From: a virus
Taxonomy: Duplodnaviria > Caudoviricetes
Virus record (IMG/VR): IMGVR_UViG_3300010376_000723
Coordinates: 1-28,714 of that record
Direction: 5' to 3' (one strand)
Length of the DNA stretch: 28,714 nucleotides
In this document: piece after piece, positions 24,744 through 28,714 of the stretch
How positions within the stretch are numbered: the stretch's first letter is position 1
How the letters are laid out: the number at the start of each line of letters is the position of its first letter
The notes under the pieces: generated by a model
Databases searched by the model: none
Seen by the model: only the letters and a program-made list of their open reading frames with translations
Told to the model about the DNA's origin: nothing
Made by a program: the position numbers and the translations under genes

Positions 24744-24929
24744 ATGACTAGCATGCCTAGCGAGTGGCCTGACCCGCAATATGACGAAAAGACTCAGAGC
24801 TTGCTGGTGACGTTCCCGAACGGCCGATCCTATGTCTATGAGGGCGTCCCGCCGGACATCGCCAAGAAGTACGCCGAGTCCGACGATAGGGGCGTATTCT
24901 TCAATGTCTTTATCCGCGGCCAATACTGA
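24744..24929 (+). CDS. KTSC-domain protein (61 aa)
   Basis: YDEKTQSLLVTFPNGRSYVYEGVP...GVFFNVFIRGQY. Confidence 0.88.
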   Translation: MTSMPSEWPDPQYDEKTQSLLVTFPNGRSYVYEGVPPDIAKKYAESDDRGVFFNVFIRGQY

Positions 24930-24931
24930 CC

Positions 24932-25096
24932 ATGACCGACCGGCTGGTCCTGACAACGGTGAAGTCGCCGCGCTGGCGCGTATGGCTGCGCCGGCTCCTG
25001 GCCGGCTCGATGATCGTACCGGAGTACGATCAAGTGACCATTCTCTACCGATGGGGCAAGCGCCCGAAAGTAATCTCGCGCCGGCCGGCGTGGTGA
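24932..25096 (+). CDS. Small basic protein (54 aa, not in the track)
   Basis: MTDRLVLTTVKSPRWRVWLRR...; 2 nt after the KTSC stop. Confidence 0.5.
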   Translation: MTDRLVLTTVKSPRWRVWLRRLLAGSMIVPEYDQVTILYRWGKRPKVISRRPAW

Positions 25097-25130
25097 ACTT
25101 CGCCCGACAATTTGCCGCGGACATCTAACA

Positions 25131-25346
25131 ATGGGCGAGGTGTTGAAGTTTCCCGAACCGGATGTAATCGAACTGCGCAAAGCGCCCGGCGCTACGTTCC
25201 GCAAGCCCGACTTACTGCTGTGTGTGCGGCAGTATTTCGACCATGACCTAGGCAAACACTTCAACGAACACTTGCCGGCCGGCGACCGCTTCCTCGCCTA
25301 TCTGTCGCTGCTCGGCTTCAAGGTGGTGCCACGCGATGACGCCTGA
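25131..25346 (+). CDS. Hypothetical protein (71 aa)
   Basis: Overlaps the terL start. Confidence 0.65.
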   Translation: MGEVLKFPEPDVIELRKAPGATFRKPDLLLCVRQYFDHDLGKHFNEHLPAGDRFLAYLSLLGFKVVPRDDA

Positions 25347-27366
25347 AACCGAACAAGCCATCCTCAAGCTCGGGCGCGACCGCTACTTGGCGCACCAAGC
25401 GTTGTTTCGCCATCGCCACGGCGACACGACGCCGCCGTTTCACCGTGATCTGATCGACATGTGGCACAGCCGCGACCCCTATGGCCTGGCTATGGTGTTT
25501 CGCGAGGGCGGCAAGTCCACGATTGCCGAGGAGTCGTTCGTCATTGGCTCCGGCTATCAGCTATTCCACAATGCCATGATAATCGGCTCGACGGAGAAGC
25601 GAGCGTTTGAGCGGTTGCGAGCAATCAAACATGAAATCGAACACAACGAACTTGTCGAAGCCCTGTTCGGTCGTCTTGTTGGGGCCACGTGGAACGAGGG
25701 CGAAATCATACTCGCCAACGGAGTTCGCATTATTGCCCTTGGCCGAGGTCAGAGTCTACGTGGCACGAAGCATCTACATTTCCGGCCCGACTTCTGCTTC
25801 TGTGACGACATTGAGGAAGAAGAAAACGTCAATACGCCAGAGGCGCGTGAGGAAACACTTTCTTGGTTCATGCGCGTCGTTATCCCCGCCATGGACAAGT
25901 GGGGCCGCATTCGCGTCAACGCTACGCCGCTTGACCGCGAGGCATTGCCCTACGCGTTGCAGCGCCGGCTTGGCTGGAAAACTCTTGTTGTCCCGATTGA
26001 GTACGTTGATGAACACGGCGAGCGGCAAGCCGCGTGGCCGTCGCGCTATCCGCTAGACTGGATCGACGCCAAGAAACGCGCGTTCGAGTCTGTCGGCAAG
26101 CTTGACGACTACATGCGCGAATACATGTGCGTTGCCGAGGACCCGAAACGCAAATCCTTCACCGCCGACATGTTCAAGATCGAACCGCGCGTTCGCACGT
26201 GGCACCCCACCTATGCGTTCCTTGACCCGGCGCGGACCACAAAAGTCACATCCGCCTCGACCGGTTGGGCGGTGTGGTCGTGGGTTGGCAATCGGTTGAT
26301 TGTGTGGGACGGCGGCGGCGGCTTTTGGAAGCCGGACGAAATTGTCGGCAAGCTGTTTACCCTCGACCAAGAGTACAAATGTCTCACCATTGGCGTCGAA
26401 GAAACCGGCTTGAACGAGTTCCTTATGCAGCCGATTCGGCAGGAAATGTTGCGCCGCGGCGTGCTGCTGCCGGTCCGGGCGATGAACGCGCCGCGCGACA
26501 AAAACCGCTTCATCGAGGCATTGCAGCCGTTTTTTGTGGCCGGCGAAATCACTTTTGCCAAAGACCTGCCGGAGCTACGCGCGCAATTCCTGAACTTTCC
26601 CTCCGGCAAGATCGACGGCCCGAACGCGCTGGCCTACGCGCTGTTGATGCGCGGCGGTCAAGCGGTGTATGGCGAGTTCTGCGGCGATCATGTTGCTATC
26701 GACGTGCACTTGCGCGCCAACGAACTTGCCTTCCTGTGCCTCGGCGCCCGCAACGGCGTGACCACGGCGGCGCTGTGCCAGTACTCACACGGTAGCTTGC
26801 GCATTGCCCGCGATTGGCTGCGCGAGGGCGAACCGACCGCAACCGTTGACTCCATCGTAAAGGAGGCTCGCCTTGTCCATCAAAACCTCCGCCTCCTGGC
26901 GACCGGCGATCATTGGAGCGGTTATAATCACCTTGGCTTGCGTGGCGCTGTGGCAAAAATACCGGACGAACTGCACCGCGGCGGAACGCCCGAAATGGGG
27001 CGAAACGAACTTCGGGAGTTGTTTCGTTCGCGCGCCGGGGATGTCGGACGCGTTCAAGTGAGCGTTGATGCGCGTTGGGTGTTGAACGGCTTCGCCGCCG
27101 GTTACTGCTACGGCGTTGGCCGCAACGGCACCCTGACGGCGCAACCGATTGACGACTATTACCGCACCCTCATGGAGCCAATCGAAAGCTTTGCCGCATT
27201 ACTGCAATCGGGTATTACGGACACCCGCAACTATCAGCGCACGGCGAGCGGCCAACTCTATGTGTCGGCGCTGCCGGGCCAAAGGGGAGTCGCCAATGCA
27301 AAGGATAGTTTCTTCGATCCTGGCGCTGTTTCTGATTTTGGCCCTGTATCTGCTCGTCGTCACTAA
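25336..27366 (+). CDS. terL: Terminase large subunit with C-terminal extension (676 aa)
   Basis: Walker A FREGGKST, GQSLRG...RPD, Walker B FCFCDDIEE, ATPL, REYMC; nuclease YAFLDPA, GVEE, FPSGKIDGPNAL. Confidence 0.92.
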   Translation: MTPETEQAILKLGRDRYLAHQALFRHRHGDTTPPFHRDLIDMWHSRDPYGLAMVFREGGKSTIAEESFVIGSGYQLFHNAMIIGSTEKRAFERLRAIKHEIEHNELVEALFGRLVGATWNEGEIILANGVRIIALGRGQSLRGTKHLHFRPDFCFCDDIEEEENVNTPEAREETLSWFMRVVIPAMDKWGRIRVNATPLDREALPYALQRRLGWKTLVVPIEYVDEHGERQAAWPSRYPLDWIDAKKRAFESVGKLDDYMREYMCVAEDPKRKSFTADMFKIEPRVRTWHPTYAFLDPARTTKVTSASTGWAVWSWVGNRLIVWDGGGGFWKPDEIVGKLFTLDQEYKCLTIGVEETGLNEFLMQPIRQEMLRRGVLLPVRAMNAPRDKNRFIEALQPFFVAGEITFAKDLPELRAQFLNFPSGKIDGPNALAYALLMRGGQAVYGEFCGDHVAIDVHLRANELAFLCLGARNGVTTAALCQYSHGSLRIARDWLREGEPTATVDSIVKEARLVHQNLRLLATGDHWSGYNHLGLRGAVAKIPDELHRGGTPEMGRNELRELFRSRAGDVGRVQVSVDARWVLNGFAAGYCYGVGRNGTLTAQPIDDYYRTLMEPIESFAALLQSGITDTRNYQRTASGQLYVSALPGQRGVANAKDSFFDPGAVSDFGPVSARRH

Positions 27367-27487
27367 GCCGGAGGCGCAGGGCGGCGGCGCCCGCGTCATC
27401 GCCGCTTGCGGCACCCCGCCGGCCACCTTGCCGGTTGGTTCGCTGCAAATCGTGTTCCAGAACATCCACGGTCAGGTGTGCCAATGA
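27296..27487 (+). CDS. Small signal-peptide/TM protein (63 aa)
   Basis: GGGGAG SD; hydrophobic N-term; AACGTPP...GQVC. Confidence 0.65.
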   Translation: MQRIVSSILALFLILALYLLVVTKPEAQGGGARVIAACGTPPATLPVGSLQIVFQNIHGQVCQ

Positions 27488-28101
27488 AACGCTTTCTGTA
27501 TGCTCTCGCTTGTTTGCTGGCCGGCACCGCTGGCGCGCATGCGCAAGCGCAGGCGCAAGTGGTCGCCGCTTGCGGATCGCCGCCGCCGCCTTATGCCACG
27601 GTTGGCGCGCTGTTGCCGCTGACCATGGATGTCACCGGCAAGCTCTGTAACATTACCGGCACGCCCGGCCAGATTCCCGGCACCGCCACCAACGATAACG
27701 CCAACGCCGGCAACGTTGGCGAGTTTATTTTCTCGACGGTTTCCGGCGGTTCGGCGGTGCCGCTGACCACCAATACCGGCGCCAACATGACCAGCGTGAG
27801 CCTGACGGCGGGCGATTGGGATTGTCAGGCCAACGTGGTGCGGACGTTCGGTGCAACAACGTCGATCACCACGGCGTCATCGGGCATTTCCACGACATCA
27901 GCGACGCTCGGTTCGGCCGCCAACGCCACCACGCAATACGTCACCGGGGCCTTTGTGCCGAATGCGCAAATGTCGTGGTTGACGCCCATCGTGCGCGAAA
28001 GCTTGGCCGCGCCCACGACGATCTTCGCCGTGGCGCTCGACAACTTTACGGTATCGACCGATAGCGTGTTTGGAACGCTGCGCTGCCGCCGGGTGCGTTA
28101 G
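27484..28101 (+). CDS. Signal-peptide protein with tail-fibre-like Thr/Ser-rich beta domain (205 aa)
   Basis: MKRFLYALACLLAGTAGAHA (AxA); TNDNANAGNVGE, SLTAGDWD, C-terminal RRVR. Confidence 0.7.
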   Translation: MKRFLYALACLLAGTAGAHAQAQAQVVAACGSPPPPYATVGALLPLTMDVTGKLCNITGTPGQIPGTATNDNANAGNVGEFIFSTVSGGSAVPLTTNTGANMTSVSLTAGDWDCQANVVRTFGATTSITTASSGISTTSATLGSAANATTQYVTGAFVPNAQMSWLTPIVRESLAAPTTIFAVALDNFTVSTDSVFGTLRCRRVR

Positions 28102-28346
28102 GATTTCAGCTTGTCGCTGATCCGCACGTCGGTTTGCGGCCCGATCATGTCTTTGAACGCTTCGGCGATGGCGGCTTCGGTTTCGGCCGATGTTATCAGC
28201 ACATCGCAGTCAATGCCGAGTTCATGACCTTGGACCTTGATGAAACCATTGAGGCCATCGGCCCGTAGTTTGTCGAGATTGCGATAGCTCAAGCCGAGAA
28301 CCACCACCATGCGGCCGTCCTTGCCCTTGGCGCTTATTTTCACCAC
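28098..28346 (-). CDS. Hypothetical protein (82 aa)
   Basis: GGAGG SD before GTG; VVLGLSYRNLDKL. Confidence 0.65.
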   Translation of the reverse strand: MVKISAKGKDGRMVVVLGLSYRNLDKLRADGLNGFIKVQGHELGIDCDVLITSAETEAAIAEAFKDMIGPQTDVRISDKLKS

Positions 28347-28567
28347 GCACTGCCTCCTTCGCTTTGCTTCGGGATGCGTTCGGCCATGACGACGTGATGC
28401 GAGAACGAGAACCGCGCCACGTTGAAGCGTGACCGGCATTCAAGATTGCCGCACTCGATATTTTGCGACGATGCCCCGCCCGGTCCGAACACAAAGCCGC
28501 GGTAATCGCAGTCCGGGCAGCGCCCGCTGTTGATGATTTCGACCGCGGCCTTATTTAGCCACGTCAT
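28340..28567 (-). CDS. Zn-ribbon protein (75 aa)
   Basis: CPDC...GP.G...NIECGNLECRSRFN; GGGGAG SD. Confidence 0.7.
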   Translation of the reverse strand: MTWLNKAAVEIINSGRCPDCDYRGFVFGPGGASSQNIECGNLECRSRFNVARFSFSHHVVMAERIPKQSEGGSAW

Positions 28568-28713
28568 TTCTGACGCTCTCCCCACTCGCAGAGGTCAACA
28601 ATAAGGGTGCGAAGCGACTCCGACTTGATGCCGGCGAACGCCGTGCACAAGCGAATGCCCTGCTTGGTCGATAGCAGGTCGCCCCACGGCGCCTCTCTGT
28701 GCTTGCCGGCCGC
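28564..28713 (-). CDS. Hypothetical protein (5' partial)
   Basis: ...DLLSTKQGIRLCTAFAGIKSESLRTLIVDLCE...; ATGA coupling. Confidence 0.6.
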   Translation of the reverse strand, partial: AAGKHREAPWGDLLSTKQGIRLCTAFAGIKSESLRTLIVDLCEWGERQK

Positions 28714-28714
28714 A

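Overview
About 28.7 kb of a GC-rich temperate tailed phage, most likely podovirus-like and infecting an Alphaproteobacterium (inferred from the GcrA-like gene, the Xis type and the GANTC pattern). No host genes are visible, and phage genes flank the integrase/attP-like site on both sides, so this looks like the excised or virion form. Order: (1) 1-6235 +, three Q/G/P-rich DNA-ejection-like proteins, a PurD-like ATP-grasp ligase, and a gene apparently overprinted on its 3' third; (2) 6232-12184 -, small membrane and HTH genes, a DGQHR/ParB-like protein, attP-like site, tyrosine integrase, Xis and ERF recombinase; (3) cI/cro switch with visible promoters and operators; (4) 13073-16617 +, RusA, a replication pair with iterons, DUF6496 and a PD-(D/E)XK nuclease; (5) 16574-20747 -, an early-type cluster with ArdC, repeated hairpin leaders, a second operator family, a second iteron array and about 4-fold GANTC enrichment; (6) 21052-28101 +, many small genes (HiPIP-like, GcrA-like, KTSC), an antisense lipoprotein and candidate sRNA, an extended TerL and two paralogous signal-peptide proteins. 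The strongest novelty candidates are the PurD-like/overprinted gene pair, the GANTC-rich and separately regulated ArdC region, and an operator-bearing sRNA. All family calls are by motif recognition and all counts are by eye; no searches were run.
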